A stretch of 64,000 nt of DNA from Promethearchaeota archaeon Loki_b31 (GCA_005222975.1 NJBI01000004.1:66179-130178), one strand, 5' to 3'; counted from the stretch's first letter, positions 10,927 to 21,417 are shown. The notes: generated by a model from the letters alone, not told the origin. Numbers and translations: made by a program.

Positions 10927-11334
10927 CTATAAAATATTTGAGGCGTATTGCTCAACTAAATACTCAATTTTACCCGAATCTAATTGTTCTCTCGCAAGCT
11001 CAGGGCACATATGCTCTAAGTGGCACAATAATTCGTTTATTCCTTCTTCAGCTTCTTTAGGATCTATGTTATCTTGATCACTAATAACTATTGAACCCAT
11101 TAGATGTTTAGACCGCTTTAAGATAATAACATTTCCGCTCATTTTTAGCTGGTTAAGTTCTGAATGAAATGATTCTTTTACAAAACTATTAATTGCAGCA
11201 AATAATCCTCCTTGTAAAATATCTTCGTTTGAAGATGATGTTAACGGTATATCTCCTTGATCAAAGATAGTTATAGCTTTTGGACTAATTCTTTTAGTAA
11301 GTGGTTTTCCAGTTAATTTAGAATAAAATTTCAT
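10927..11334 (-). CDS. Longin-like small protein
   Basis: AITIFDQGDIPL...EDILQGGLFAAINSFVKE...LNQLKM resembles the beta-beta-alpha-beta longin pattern. Confidence 0.6.
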   Translation of the reverse strand: MKFYSKLTGKPLTKRISPKAITIFDQGDIPLTSSSNEDILQGGLFAAINSFVKESFHSELNQLKMSGNVIILKRSKHLMGSIVISDQDNIDPKEAEEGINELLCHLEHMCPELAREQLDSGKIEYLVEQYASNIL

Positions 11335-11523
11335 AAATGTTTCAACAATGCTGTATTTTTTTGTATTTTGTAAAGATAAAAAACTTTTGATAACAAAACA
11401 TTTTTAACTCTCTTTTTTAGTAAACAAAATGTAATAGTTTTGCTTTAAAAATAAGGTTTTTTTTCCAAATTTTTGTACTGTTGCCACAAATATTAATTTT
11501 TGTACACAATTCACATTATTTGG

Positions 11524-11551
11524 GCATAACTTTCTAAGCATAACTTTCTAA
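11524..11551. repeat. Perfect 14-bp tandem direct repeat (gcataactttctaa x2), intergenic
   Basis: Read directly at 11524-11537 and 11538-11551. Confidence 0.85.
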
Positions 11552-11559
11552 GATTTCCA

Positions 11560-12825
11560 CTATTTAGACATAGCTTTCAAAAATTTTGGCCACAAGGTTA
11601 ATTTTTGTAGCCCGGGTAGAGCTCCAAATAAGCGCTCTCCGACATATCTATCTCGATCCGTGTCGTAATTCCATAAATCTTGGATAGTATGCGCTTCGTA
11701 CACATATCTTCTAACTGTTTTATTAGTATTTAATAGATTAGTATAAGTTGTCCATAAGGTTTTTGCGGACGAATCTTTACTGTAGAACAGCAATTCGCAG
11801 GCAACTCCATTCCTAAAATAACCATTCAACAAAATTCGAGCAATCTCTTGATCGTATGTTATTAATTCTGATCTTGAAAAGTTTGAATTGTTTTCTAATA
11901 ACGGTTTTATGAGCTTTGCTGCGATATTAGCACTAGCTAAACCACCTAAAAGTCCTTCGTAAAAGAATGCGGTAACCACTCCTGCAGCCTCCCCTAAGAC
12001 AATTACGCGATCTTTAGTCATGGTACTTATTGGATGTTTTGAAATCCCTCCAGTAATAAAATTTCTGTCCCATTTCAATCCATTCATAAAAGGTTGAATT
12101 TTCTTATAGTTTCTTAGAATTCTTTCTAATTTTTCTCTGAGCTGGTCAGGAGATTCTTTATTTCCTAGATATCCTGTCGAAACCCTACCTTTTCCTACGT
12201 TAAAAAAGAAGGGTCCATTAGGGCTTATGTTAGGGTTTAGATGAAACATATATTGAAAGTTAAAATTCTCATCTAGTAGGCTTTCATCAGCGTATGTATT
12301 AGTATATATTCCCATAAAAGAGTCAGGAATTTCAAAACCTAACGATTTCTGTAAATCAAATCCACGAGAACCTGTAGCTAAAATTAAAAGTTTAGTTGTA
12401 TAAGATTCTCCTTTATTGTTAATAACCTCAACATAATCAATGTGTTTTACTACTTTTGCTACTTTTTCATTAAATTGCGTTGTGCCACCTTGATCTTTAA
12501 ACTTATCAATAAGTTTTTTAATGAATATTTCTGTGTGTGAAATCTTTCCTAGCGGCTTGCCAAACTCTTTAGAATTCAAAAGGCCATCATACTTGTCGCT
12601 CTTATAGTTTAATTGGAGAAAAGGTCGTGGAAAAATTGAATCGTCGTTCCAGAACACATCGTCAATAAAAGGTTTATTATGTTCTGCAAATATATTTATT
12701 CTAACAGGTATTTCCCGATCGTAATCTTGTGATTCAATTAGAAGAGTTTTTGCGTACTTTGATGCCTTATACGCTAATGATGCTCCGGAAATCCCAGCTC
12801 CTATAATAATTATATCGTAATTCAT
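11560..12825 (-). CDS. FAD-dependent oxidoreductase, geranylgeranyl-reductase-like
   Basis: DIIIIGAGISG Rossmann motif, LILATG, LGEAAGVVTAFFYEG (variant of GDAAG...GEG). Confidence 0.8.
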   Translation of the reverse strand: MNYDIIIIGAGISGASLAYKASKYAKTLLIESQDYDREIPVRINIFAEHNKPFIDDVFWNDDSIFPRPFLQLNYKSDKYDGLLNSKEFGKPLGKISHTEIFIKKLIDKFKDQGGTTQFNEKVAKVVKHIDYVEVINNKGESYTTKLLILATGSRGFDLQKSLGFEIPDSFMGIYTNTYADESLLDENFNFQYMFHLNPNISPNGPFFFNVGKGRVSTGYLGNKESPDQLREKLERILRNYKKIQPFMNGLKWDRNFITGGISKHPISTMTKDRVIVLGEAAGVVTAFFYEGLLGGLASANIAAKLIKPLLENNSNFSRSELITYDQEIARILLNGYFRNGVACELLFYSKDSSAKTLWTTYTNLLNTNKTVRRYVYEAHTIQDLWNYDTDRDRYVGERLFGALPGLQKLTLWPKFLKAMSK

Positions 12826-12972
12826 TAAATCTTTAAATTATTAATAAAAAAAAAAGATTATTAAATAGAATTTTAATAGAACCTCTTAAATTCACTAGTA
12901 TAAAATACTAACTAAACTTACACTTAGTTGTTTGATGATTTTCTTGAGATTAGGCTCACCAAGGTCAAAAAA

Positions 12973-13725
12973 TTAGAGGATATTTTCGATCGTTTTAATT
13001 AATTTATCTAAATTTAGTTCAGCCATACCGAGAGGGACCGAAGACTCGAATAACACTACGATCAATAATGGATCGAGCTTCCACGGAATATTTATTTTTC
13101 TCGTAAAGATTTTTTGTCCATTGTCTAAGCTAACAAATGTCAATTTGAATTCGTTTGCCACCATATGTCTAATTTCTAATTCTTTTAAAGAGGATAACAA
13201 TATATTATGCGGGAGAGAAGTAAAAATTACTTTTCCATTGATCGTAAATAAAATAGCACCTAATATCTCATTTTCTAACGTTAATCTCTTAATGAAATCG
13301 ATAATTTTTCTATATAAAGGTTGACTACCGATCAATTCATCTTCACCGGTAATAATTGAATCAATTTTAGAGTCGAATTCGGCGCTTTCGATTACTTGGC
13401 AATCTTCAACATCGTTGTTCTCTAAAAATTCTTCAAATACATCAACTATACTAACCAAACGGGAATTAATAAACAATAAACTTGCACTTGAATCCGCTAA
13501 AATAGCATAAATAAATTCTCCTTTCACTTTAAAAGCAATTCTAAATCCGCCCATTTCGAGAATTTCCGGAGTCTGTTTAGAGATAACATTTGCTGAGAAT
13601 GAAAATAACGCTGAAAAAAAGGGTGTAATTAAATTAGGTTCAATATTATCAAAATCGCTCGTGATATTTCTGCTGTAAATACAAGCTCCTGTATTTTTTA
13701 ATATAAAAAGCGAATGGATGTTCAT
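12973..13725 (-). CDS. Longin-like domain fused to a C-terminal roadblock-like domain
   Basis: MNIHSLFILKNTGACIYSR...PNLITPFFSALFSF (longin), and ILGAILFTINGKVIFTSL...VPLGM (roadblock-like). Confidence 0.72.
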   Translation of the reverse strand: MNIHSLFILKNTGACIYSRNITSDFDNIEPNLITPFFSALFSFSANVISKQTPEILEMGGFRIAFKVKGEFIYAILADSSASLLFINSRLVSIVDVFEEFLENNDVEDCQVIESAEFDSKIDSIITGEDELIGSQPLYRKIIDFIKRLTLENEILGAILFTINGKVIFTSLPHNILLSSLKELEIRHMVANEFKLTFVSLDNGQKIFTRKINIPWKLDPLLIVVLFESSVPLGMAELNLDKLIKTIENIL

Positions 13726-14007
13726 CTTTAATTACACCGATATCTATTTATAGAAAAATAGAATAAATTTACTTTTTTAAGTGTTATTAATAGAAGAATA
13801 GTCTGCTAATATTGTTAATCTTTATTAAAAATAAAAAAAAGTTTTAAATATTTTTCGTTTTTTCGTTCTTTTGTTGGGACTTTTTTTTCATAATCGCGAG
13901 CTTTAAATAGAGGACTAAATATTATAAATTAATAAAGTTATGTGATTGTGATGCACTATATCACCACTTTAAACTTGGTAGTAAACAACACAAAAACGGA
14001 AAAGAAA

Positions 14008-14415
14008 ATGTCTGATAATGATTTAGAAAAGATTCGGCTAAAAAAGGCCGAAATGCTGATAAAAGCTCAATCGATGCCAACAGAAATAGTTAAAATTCAT
14101 TCGGCAGAAGAGTTTAATAAATTAACCCAAGATTTCTCTGATAAGGTTATAATAATAGATTTCTGGGCGGTTTGGTGTTCTCCTTGCATGATGTTTGCAC
14201 CAATATTCGAAAAAATTCAAAAGGAGCGCTATCAAGATTTTATCTTTGTTAAAGTAAACGTTGACGAAGTCGGCTCTATAGCCCAAAATTACAGAATTAC
14301 TGGAATTCCTACGACGTTATTTATTAAAGATAATAAGGTAATACATAAAATTGTTGGCGCAGTAAACGAAGATTACATGAACAGAATCCTGGAAAAACTT
14401 AAGTCTTTCGCGTAA
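14008..14415 (+). CDS. trxA: Thioredoxin
   Basis: DFWAVWCSPC and GIPT. The archaeal-type N-terminal helix DLEKIRLKK places the start at ATG 14008. Confidence 0.92.
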   Translation: MSDNDLEKIRLKKAEMLIKAQSMPTEIVKIHSAEEFNKLTQDFSDKVIIIDFWAVWCSPCMMFAPIFEKIQKERYQDFIFVKVNVDEVGSIAQNYRITGIPTTLFIKDNKVIHKIVGAVNEDYMNRILEKLKSFA

Positions 14416-14482
14416 TTTATTTTTTATTTTTTATTTTATTAAATTTTAAATTAAATAACAAAATAATTATTGGTGTTAATCC

Positions 14483-14929
14483 TTGGAAAGTATTTCAGAA
14501 CAATTAAAAGGTATGTTAGAAGAGAAAAAGATTTTTAAAAGTGGAAAATTGTTTAAATGCATATTAGGACTTAACGTTATAGAATCAGTTGTTTTTTCTT
14601 ATTTATTAAAACACAACAACGTGAGTACGATGGAATTAACTGAATTATTTAAAAAAGATCGTAGCTCAATTCAAAGAGCCCTCCAAACTCTAATTGAAGT
14701 TAATGTTATCGAAAGAAAATCAATGTCTTTAAAAGAATTCAGCGAAAAAAAGGATATAGAAGATAAAACTAAACGTGGATACTTATATGTTTACGGAGCA
14801 AAAGATTTAGAAATGGTTAAGGAGCAGACTCGCGATTTACTTGATAAATGGTATGCATCTATGCTAAACTATATCGAAAATTTAGATAGTGTTTTTGACT
14901 GCTACGAAAAACAAGGAGAGCTTTGTTAG
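14483..14929 (+). CDS. Winged-helix transcriptional regulator (TrmB/MarR-like, COG3355 type)
   Basis: FKCILGL...ELTELFKKDRSSIQRALQTL...RGYLYVY. Confidence 0.82.
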   Translation: MESISEQLKGMLEEKKIFKSGKLFKCILGLNVIESVVFSYLLKHNNVSTMELTELFKKDRSSIQRALQTLIEVNVIERKSMSLKEFSEKKDIEDKTKRGYLYVYGAKDLEMVKEQTRDLLDKWYASMLNYIENLDSVFDCYEKQGELC

Positions 14930-15071
14930 GTTTTAATTTGTATATCTATATTTTTAAACTCTTCCTTTGATGTAAGACTAATTAAAATATTGCAATCTAA
15001 TTCTTTGTGAATTATTTTAAGTTTCAATTTCTTTTTTTATCTTTTTATAGAATAAAGTTTAAATCTATAGT

Positions 15072-16391
15072 ATGAACGATATTTCGAAAAAAATGCCATT
15101 ATTGTCAATTATTCTATTTGTTTTAATCATTACGCTAATAAATTCTGTATCGAATATGATTTCGCCGAATTTACTCGTGATTTCAAATTATTTCGGGTTT
15201 GGAGGTGATACTGCACCTATTGGAGTACTTACTTTCTCTTTTATGATTTTTACTGGGATAACGATGTTAATTTTTGGATATTTGGCAGATAAAATCGTTA
15301 GAAAATGGATTGTGTTTTTTGGTTCATTAATATTTTCCATATTTTCGCTTTTTACTATAACTGTTCCAACTGGAACTATTGGTTATTCAGTTTTTTTCTT
15401 CTTAACTATCTTAACAGGAATAGGATATGGCGCATTAATTCCGAGCATTTTTTCGTTAATGGGGGATATGGTCTCGAGTGAGGATCGCTCTAAAGGCTTT
15501 TCGTTTTTCTCGATCGCATCTTTATTTGGAATAGTTTTTGGTAGCGCTTTAGCTACATATGCTGGCAGTACTGATTGGAGATTCCCCTTTCTAGTAATTG
15601 GCATCGTTGGAATTCTAGCATCGTTATTATTTTTGCTTTTTAAAGAACCTTCTCGTTTGGGTAAAGATCACTCCTTTGATATAGACGCTGTCGATTACTC
15701 TTATAGGATAAAACTATCAGATGTAAGGATAATTTTTAAAAAGAAGGCTAACATTTGGTTAGTTGTTAATTTTGTAGATACGATTCCTACCGGCATTATA
15801 CTAACCTTACTTTATGCATATATGGAAGTATATCATGGGATTACCGCGGATGTGACTGTGCTAATTTTCTTAATTATCCTCGTAAATATCATACTTGGGA
15901 CTGTAGTGTTTGGGTATATTGGAGACAAGAAGTTTAAAAAAGGTAATAAAAAAGCGAGGGTTCTTTTAGCGTTATTTGGCAATATTGCACCTATTCCATT
16001 TCTATTCGCCGCATTAATTATTCCGTTTAGCGCTCCTAATTTATTTCCAGGCTTATTAATTTGGATCGTACTATTCAGTATTGGAATGTTTACAAATGGA
16101 GCAGTAAACGGGAACTGGTATGCCACAGTCGTAGACTTAAACCTACCAGAAAACCGTGGAACTGTGTTGGCAACCTCAAATTTTTTTGACATCATTGGAC
16201 GGGCGATTGGTCCTTTAATCGGAACCATTATCGCAGATATATTCGGTTTTGTTATTGGAATGATGATTTCAATTTTCTTTTGGATTTTTATTCCCTTTTT
16301 CTGGATTCCAGTCCTTAAAAATGTCGTAAGAGAAATTGAATCTACAGAGAAAGTATTTGACGAGAGAATAAAATCTCTAACTAATACTTAA
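15072..16391 (+). CDS. MFS transporter
   Basis: About 12 hydrophobic segments, with motif A GYLADKIVRK and PENRG. Confidence 0.92.
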   Translation: MNDISKKMPLLSIILFVLIITLINSVSNMISPNLLVISNYFGFGGDTAPIGVLTFSFMIFTGITMLIFGYLADKIVRKWIVFFGSLIFSIFSLFTITVPTGTIGYSVFFFLTILTGIGYGALIPSIFSLMGDMVSSEDRSKGFSFFSIASLFGIVFGSALATYAGSTDWRFPFLVIGIVGILASLLFLLFKEPSRLGKDHSFDIDAVDYSYRIKLSDVRIIFKKKANIWLVVNFVDTIPTGIILTLLYAYMEVYHGITADVTVLIFLIILVNIILGTVVFGYIGDKKFKKGNKKARVLLALFGNIAPIPFLFAALIIPFSAPNLFPGLLIWIVLFSIGMFTNGAVNGNWYATVVDLNLPENRGTVLATSNFFDIIGRAIGPLIGTIIADIFGFVIGMMISIFFWIFIPFFWIPVLKNVVREIESTEKVFDERIKSLTNT

Positions 16392-16473
16392 AAAATCCTT
16401 TTTTTTATCATTTGTCAAATTGGTTTTTTCATTTAATATTAATTTAAGAAAAAAAAAAGAATTAAAATTTAAA

Positions 16474-16875
16474 TTAAATTAGGATAATATATAGGGTAAT
16501 ACCAAATAGCACAACCAGCAATATAGAAACAATTATAAATAGTATAAAAGCTATAACTGTAACTACTATCGCTCCTAAAAATCCAGTATGGTGCCGTCCG
16601 CTAATGATTAACCACGCAGTAACTAAAACTATGATCCATGCTAACCAACCACCCAGAAACAGAAATGTAAGAGCATAAATAATGGTTAAGATGAACGCCG
16701 TTATAACAATTTGTCCGAATTCTTTGTGTTTCGCTTTACTGAAAAAACTTAAGGCAAGCTTAAGAAATAGTGCCATTATTATAAGAAAGATCAAATAAAA
16801 AATAAGATACCACATTATTCCTTCAAGAGTGCTAAAAGTTTGAGCCCAATCTACGTTGAAAATATCAAATATCAT
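16474..16875 (-). CDS. Small integral membrane protein
   Basis: 133 aa with about four hydrophobic helices. Confidence 0.75.
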   Translation of the reverse strand: MIFDIFNVDWAQTFSTLEGIMWYLIFYLIFLIIMALFLKLALSFFSKAKHKEFGQIVITAFILTIIYALTFLFLGGWLAWIIVLVTAWLIISGRHHTGFLGAIVVTVIAFILFIIVSILLVVLFGITLYIILI

Positions 16876-17180
16876 ATAAAAACCTTGTTTTTAATTTTTA
16901 ATATATTCTTTTTTAAAATTTCATGAATATTTAATTTATTCTTTATTTAATTTAGGTTATAAATTTAATTTGAAAAAAACGTATGAATTAAATTATGAAA
17001 GAATTATATCGGATACGCATGAGTTTTAATAATAAAGAAGGAGTAAAGTTCTGGAACAATTTATAGATTTTTTATCCACTCTTTAAAGAATCTCCTATTT
17101 TGATTGATAAATGAAGATTTTTAAATAACATTCTATATTTCTAGTTTTTATTAGGAGAAAATTTTTTGAATGGATGTATT

Positions 17181-18152
17181 ATGACAAAAGAGAAAAAACA
17201 AAAGGAACAGGTTAATGGTAGTTTTGATTTATCCGATAAGGATGAATATAACCACGATTGGGGAAAGTTTCCTCCATTCCATAACGAGAGTTGGTACTTC
17301 AATTTTATTGATCGCCCAAATAAAGTTTTTTTTATTACTAGATTATCTTACAACATGGATAAAAAAAAGTCTCTGGTTTTAGTTTTGCCGATAATTGATG
17401 GTAAGGTTAGAGTTTATTTTAAAGAAATTCCTCTTGAAAAAATGCCTGCTAATTGGGAAATCGATAAGAAAGTAAAGTATTACTGCATCAAACCAATGAA
17501 GCAATGGAGAATTAAATTCAAAAATAGTCAAGTTGATTTAGATGTTAACCTTGAGGGAAGGTTTCCAGTATTTAATTCAGCTGCGGGTACAGATCCTTTA
17601 GCATTTCTTAAGGAGGACTATACTAAGACAGAGCAAGTATTTGCTCAGATGCATTATGAGCAACCTATGATAGCTACAGGAACTTTGATCCTGAAAAAAA
17701 AGGGGGAAGTAATTGAAACGCGAACCATTAAAGGTTTCGGTCATCGCGATCACAGCTGGGGCATTAGAGAGTGGGGCGGGATTGATTCGTGGAATTGGGT
17801 TGTTGCCCAGTTTGAAGATGAGACAATTAATTTTTACAAAGCTGAAGCCCTTGGTGAAGAAAAACAAGATGGAATAATTTATTCTAAAGGCGCTGATAAT
17901 ATTAGAATTACAAACATAGAAGTGACCACAAAAACGAAAGAAAACGAAAAAACACCTGTTTCATCAACATTTATCATAACGGATGAAAATGGAAAGAAAA
18001 GAACCATAGAATCAAAAACAATATTTTCGCAATATTTACCTCTTCCATCCGAGAAAGGATTAACTGAAGTTTACGAGCAAGTAGCAGTATTCACTTACAA
18101 TGGAAAGGAAGGCGATGGCATTTCGGAGTATTTATCCACAACGCGGGATTAA
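17181..18152 (+). CDS. AttH/CrtC/tocopherol-cyclase-like double beta-barrel protein
   Basis: NESWYFNF, HYEQ, GHRDHSWGIREW, WNW, GDGISEY. Confidence 0.75.
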   Translation: MTKEKKQKEQVNGSFDLSDKDEYNHDWGKFPPFHNESWYFNFIDRPNKVFFITRLSYNMDKKKSLVLVLPIIDGKVRVYFKEIPLEKMPANWEIDKKVKYYCIKPMKQWRIKFKNSQVDLDVNLEGRFPVFNSAAGTDPLAFLKEDYTKTEQVFAQMHYEQPMIATGTLILKKKGEVIETRTIKGFGHRDHSWGIREWGGIDSWNWVVAQFEDETINFYKAEALGEEKQDGIIYSKGADNIRITNIEVTTKTKENEKTPVSSTFIITDENGKKRTIESKTIFSQYLPLPSEKGLTEVYEQVAVFTYNGKEGDGISEYLSTTRD

Positions 18153-18317
18153 CGCTATGAACTGAAGTTTGAACTATTTTTTTTTACTTTTTATTATTAT
18201 TTAATCGGTTATGTTTTTATATCTTTTTATGAATAATCATTCATAAAAAATTAGATCTTATATCACAAAAATTGATCGTATAAAATAAAATATAAATAAT
18301 TTATGTGATGACATTAA

Positions 18318-19685
18318 CTATTCATCTTGTAAAAAATAATAAAATGGGTCTGATCTTGCGACTCTTTTACTTCTAAACATTCGCGTAACAATGGGATGTA
18401 CCCCTTTGTATTTTTCTAAAGCTGTAATGTACAATTTCTCTACTTTTGTTTCAGCTAGGTTAGACTTTATTTTTTTCCCTAATTTATCAATGTAAAACTT
18501 TATTTTATCTTTGTCGATTAAGTCAGTTTTAAGTGGTTTGCCCGATGCATAGTCAAAAGCCCAAGTCCAGTTAAATTTATCTTCTATACCTGCGTATTGG
18601 GCGTACACACCTAAGACGATATTAGCATAAAGGTGACTCCCCAGCATCAATCTTTTAGTAAAGTTCCATTTCGACATATTAAGATATAATTCTTTCGTGG
18701 CACTTTTTGCAAATTTCGACAGTTCCTCTAAAATATTAAGCGAGAGGGGTTTTAATTCACCTAAATAATCAGGATATCTAAGATCTTTGGGGTGCGATAA
18801 TTCTCTCGTCCAAATCCCTATTGATGTTATTTTTGAAGAATAATCGGTTGGATCGGCAAATAAAGTGCCCCAATCGTTAAACTCGATTTTGTTCATATCT
18901 TTTAGCGTCATTCCAAATATCACATTTGAAAACGGTGCAATATTGGTGATTTTATATGGCATATTTCCAGTCATATCTATTCCATACATTACATCTCCAG
19001 TGTATAGTTCTATGAATTCTTTGAATATTAAAGGTTCAGTGTTGTCTTTAAAATAATATGGTCCATGCTCAGATATAGTAAATCTACACTCGGCTTGGGA
19101 AAGGAAACTATAGATGGTTAAATGGGCGATGGTTTGCTTTAAACGCTTTGTTATCTCTTTATTATTATTTATAGGGATCATATTACCTTTTAATTTTTCA
19201 ATATAATCGTCAGAAAGGCATGTAAGTCTTTTATTTTTCAATATTAGAGTCTCGTCATTGAGATAATTGGGACTCAATCTTTTCCAAAAGTCAAGAACGA
19301 ATTTAGTTTCTTTTTTCTTCGTTTCTGGCTCAACAACGATATTAGTTTCGCCACCTTTTTTTTTATTTAGGTTATCGTAAATAACTTGAGCTCGACCATG
19401 CAAATACAACATACATGTAGAATAAAAACCCAAATGATTTAATCCTGGGCCCAAGGATTTCGATCTTCTGGCGAGCTCCTCAGGCGATATCTTACTTGCA
19501 ACTTCTTTTAAGATATTATAAAGATAAGATTGATCGTATAAAACATAACAAGCAACGTGAATGTAATGGTTTACAGGAAACATTTTACTTTCAACCATTC
19601 CACGCTTTAGAAAATTTGCTACAGTAGTCTTAGAAATCAACGCGATTAGTTCATTTGCTTCTTGGTCGCTAATATCACCTAACAT
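18318..19685 (-). CDS. Uncharacterised 455-aa protein, putative substrate-binding subunit of a split PEP-synthase-like enzyme
   Basis: Long ORF directly downstream of, and co-oriented with, the stand-alone phospho-His domain gene. SD GGAG upstream. The function is inferred from context only. Confidence 0.7.
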   Translation of the reverse strand: MLGDISDQEANELIALISKTTVANFLKRGMVESKMFPVNHYIHVACYVLYDQSYLYNILKEVASKISPEELARRSKSLGPGLNHLGFYSTCMLYLHGRAQVIYDNLNKKKGGETNIVVEPETKKKETKFVLDFWKRLSPNYLNDETLILKNKRLTCLSDDYIEKLKGNMIPINNNKEITKRLKQTIAHLTIYSFLSQAECRFTISEHGPYYFKDNTEPLIFKEFIELYTGDVMYGIDMTGNMPYKITNIAPFSNVIFGMTLKDMNKIEFNDWGTLFADPTDYSSKITSIGIWTRELSHPKDLRYPDYLGELKPLSLNILEELSKFAKSATKELYLNMSKWNFTKRLMLGSHLYANIVLGVYAQYAGIEDKFNWTWAFDYASGKPLKTDLIDKDKIKFYIDKLGKKIKSNLAETKVEKLYITALEKYKGVHPIVTRMFRSKRVARSDPFYYFLQDE

Positions 19686-19791
19686 ATAAACAACTCCTTA
19701 CAATTTGATATTTTTAAGATTTTAATTATTTAAACTCATTTTCTAAATATAATATTAGTAAATTTAAATGGAAAATAATTTTATTAATTAC

Positions 19792-20148
19792 TCAAATAAA
19801 TAAATAAATAATCCCCCTGTCTTCACTTTCCGTAATTATTTTTCCCTTTTTCCCCGTCAGTGAGGACAAATCGTCTATTAAAAAGTCTACATTCATTATA
19901 CAAGGTATTTCGAATTCTCTTGAAACTATGGCGAGATGTGAGCCTGCAGAACCGAGTGGACATAATACTCCTGCCAAATCTGATAAAATTGGACCAAGAG
20001 TAGTAGTACCAGAATCTTCGACTATACATATTTTCCCGTTGGCATTATCAAATAAATTTATAACGTCTTCTACAGATTGGATAAACACTAATTCCCCTAT
20101 TGCTTCTGAATTGGACGAACAAGATTCACCTTCCCCAATTTTTTTCAT
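19792..20148 (-). CDS. Stand-alone PEP-utilising enzyme mobile (phospho-histidine swivel) domain
   Basis: GSAGSHLAIVSREFEIPCI matches the GGxTSHAAIVARExGIP signature, with the His retained. Confidence 0.9.
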   Translation of the reverse strand: MKKIGEGESCSSNSEAIGELVFIQSVEDVINLFDNANGKICIVEDSGTTTLGPILSDLAGVLCPLGSAGSHLAIVSREFEIPCIMNVDFLIDDLSSLTGKKGKIITESEDRGIIYLFI

Positions 20149-20350
20149 TTAAATCAACAAAAAATTTTATTTTTAATAATATCAATCTATTATTTTTTAA
20201 ATTTATAGTTATTTATCGTAATTATTTAATTTTTTATTTAACTTCTTAGAAATTTATACATAAATATATATTGTTTTACCTTATCTTTGAAACTAAATAT
20301 TTAAAAATATAGTAAACAAATTATATTATTTACTATTTTAATGAATATCG

Positions 20351-21340
20351 ATGATAGGATCAGAATTCGTTGTATTTTTTCCAGAGGCAAAGCCTGATAC
20401 TGCCTTATTAGGGGGGAAAGGTTCTAATTTAATCAAATTAATTAAGATGAAACTCTCTGCAAAAGTTCCCCCCGGATTTATAATCAATACAAATTGTTTC
20501 AAGAAATTCCTTAAAGAATCGAAATACTACGACCAATTGAGTAATTTATTGGAAAAGACCTTAAATCCAAAAGAAATTTTACACCATTCAGCCAAAATTA
20601 CAAAATTAATATTAGAATCAAAAATTCCTAAAAAAATAGTTGAAAGCATCGAAGGAGCTTTTGATAAATTGGTTAAGGGGAAGGATATAGGCTTATCTTT
20701 TGCCGTAAGATCTTCAGCAACAATCGAGGATTCAAGCAAATTCTCCTTTGCTGGACAAGCAGAGAGCTATTTATATAATCTTACTTTTCATGACTTATTA
20801 CAATCGTTAAAAAATTGCTGGGCATCTTTATTTTCACCTCGTGCAATATTATATATGCTTCATATGAAAAAGTTGGGCGTAAATTTCTCGTTGAAGAATA
20901 TTCATATGGCAGTTATTGTTCAGAAAATGGTTAATTCACAAATATCAGGAGTTTTATTTACATCTAATGTGGTCAATAGCGATTCAAATCAAATGTTGAT
21001 CAATTCCACATGGGGACTTGGTAATACGATTGTTGATAATTTAATTATCCCAGATTCTATTATAATTAAGAAAAATAAATTTGAAGTTTTAAAAAGGATT
21101 ATCGGTAAAAAAAAGAAAAAGTCGATTAAAAACCCTGAAGGCGCACATACTGTTATAGTAGAAACATACCCAAAATTAAGGACAATTTGCTCTTTAAACG
21201 ATAATCAACTGCGCCAACTTCATAATTTAGGATTAAAAATTGAAAAAGAATTTAATTTTCCTCAAGATATTGAATGGGCGATAGAAAACGATGAAATCTT
21301 TATATTACAAAGCCGACCAATCACTACTTTAAAAAAGTGA
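20351..21340 (+). CDS. Stand-alone PEP/pyruvate-binding (PPDK_N) ATP-grasp domain of the PEP-synthase family
   Basis: LGGKGSNL, VPPGF, AVRSSATIED..FSFAGQ, MAVIVQKMV, PQDIEWAI...ILQSRPIT. The ORF ends there, with no swivel or pyruvate domain. Confidence 0.92.
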   Translation: MIGSEFVVFFPEAKPDTALLGGKGSNLIKLIKMKLSAKVPPGFIINTNCFKKFLKESKYYDQLSNLLEKTLNPKEILHHSAKITKLILESKIPKKIVESIEGAFDKLVKGKDIGLSFAVRSSATIEDSSKFSFAGQAESYLYNLTFHDLLQSLKNCWASLFSPRAILYMLHMKKLGVNFSLKNIHMAVIVQKMVNSQISGVLFTSNVVNSDSNQMLINSTWGLGNTIVDNLIIPDSIIIKKNKFEVLKRIIGKKKKKSIKNPEGAHTVIVETYPKLRTICSLNDNQLRQLHNLGLKIEKEFNFPQDIEWAIENDEIFILQSRPITTLKK

Positions 21341-21417
21341 AGAATTAAAATTAACTTTTTCATGTTTAATAATATTAAAAGAAAAAAAGAGATTTATTTA
21401 CATTAAATTTAATTAAA

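Noticed and set aside
20351-21340. Calling this gene ppsA (PEP synthase)
   Set aside because: Only the ATP-grasp domain is present; no pyruvate-binding domain is in the window.
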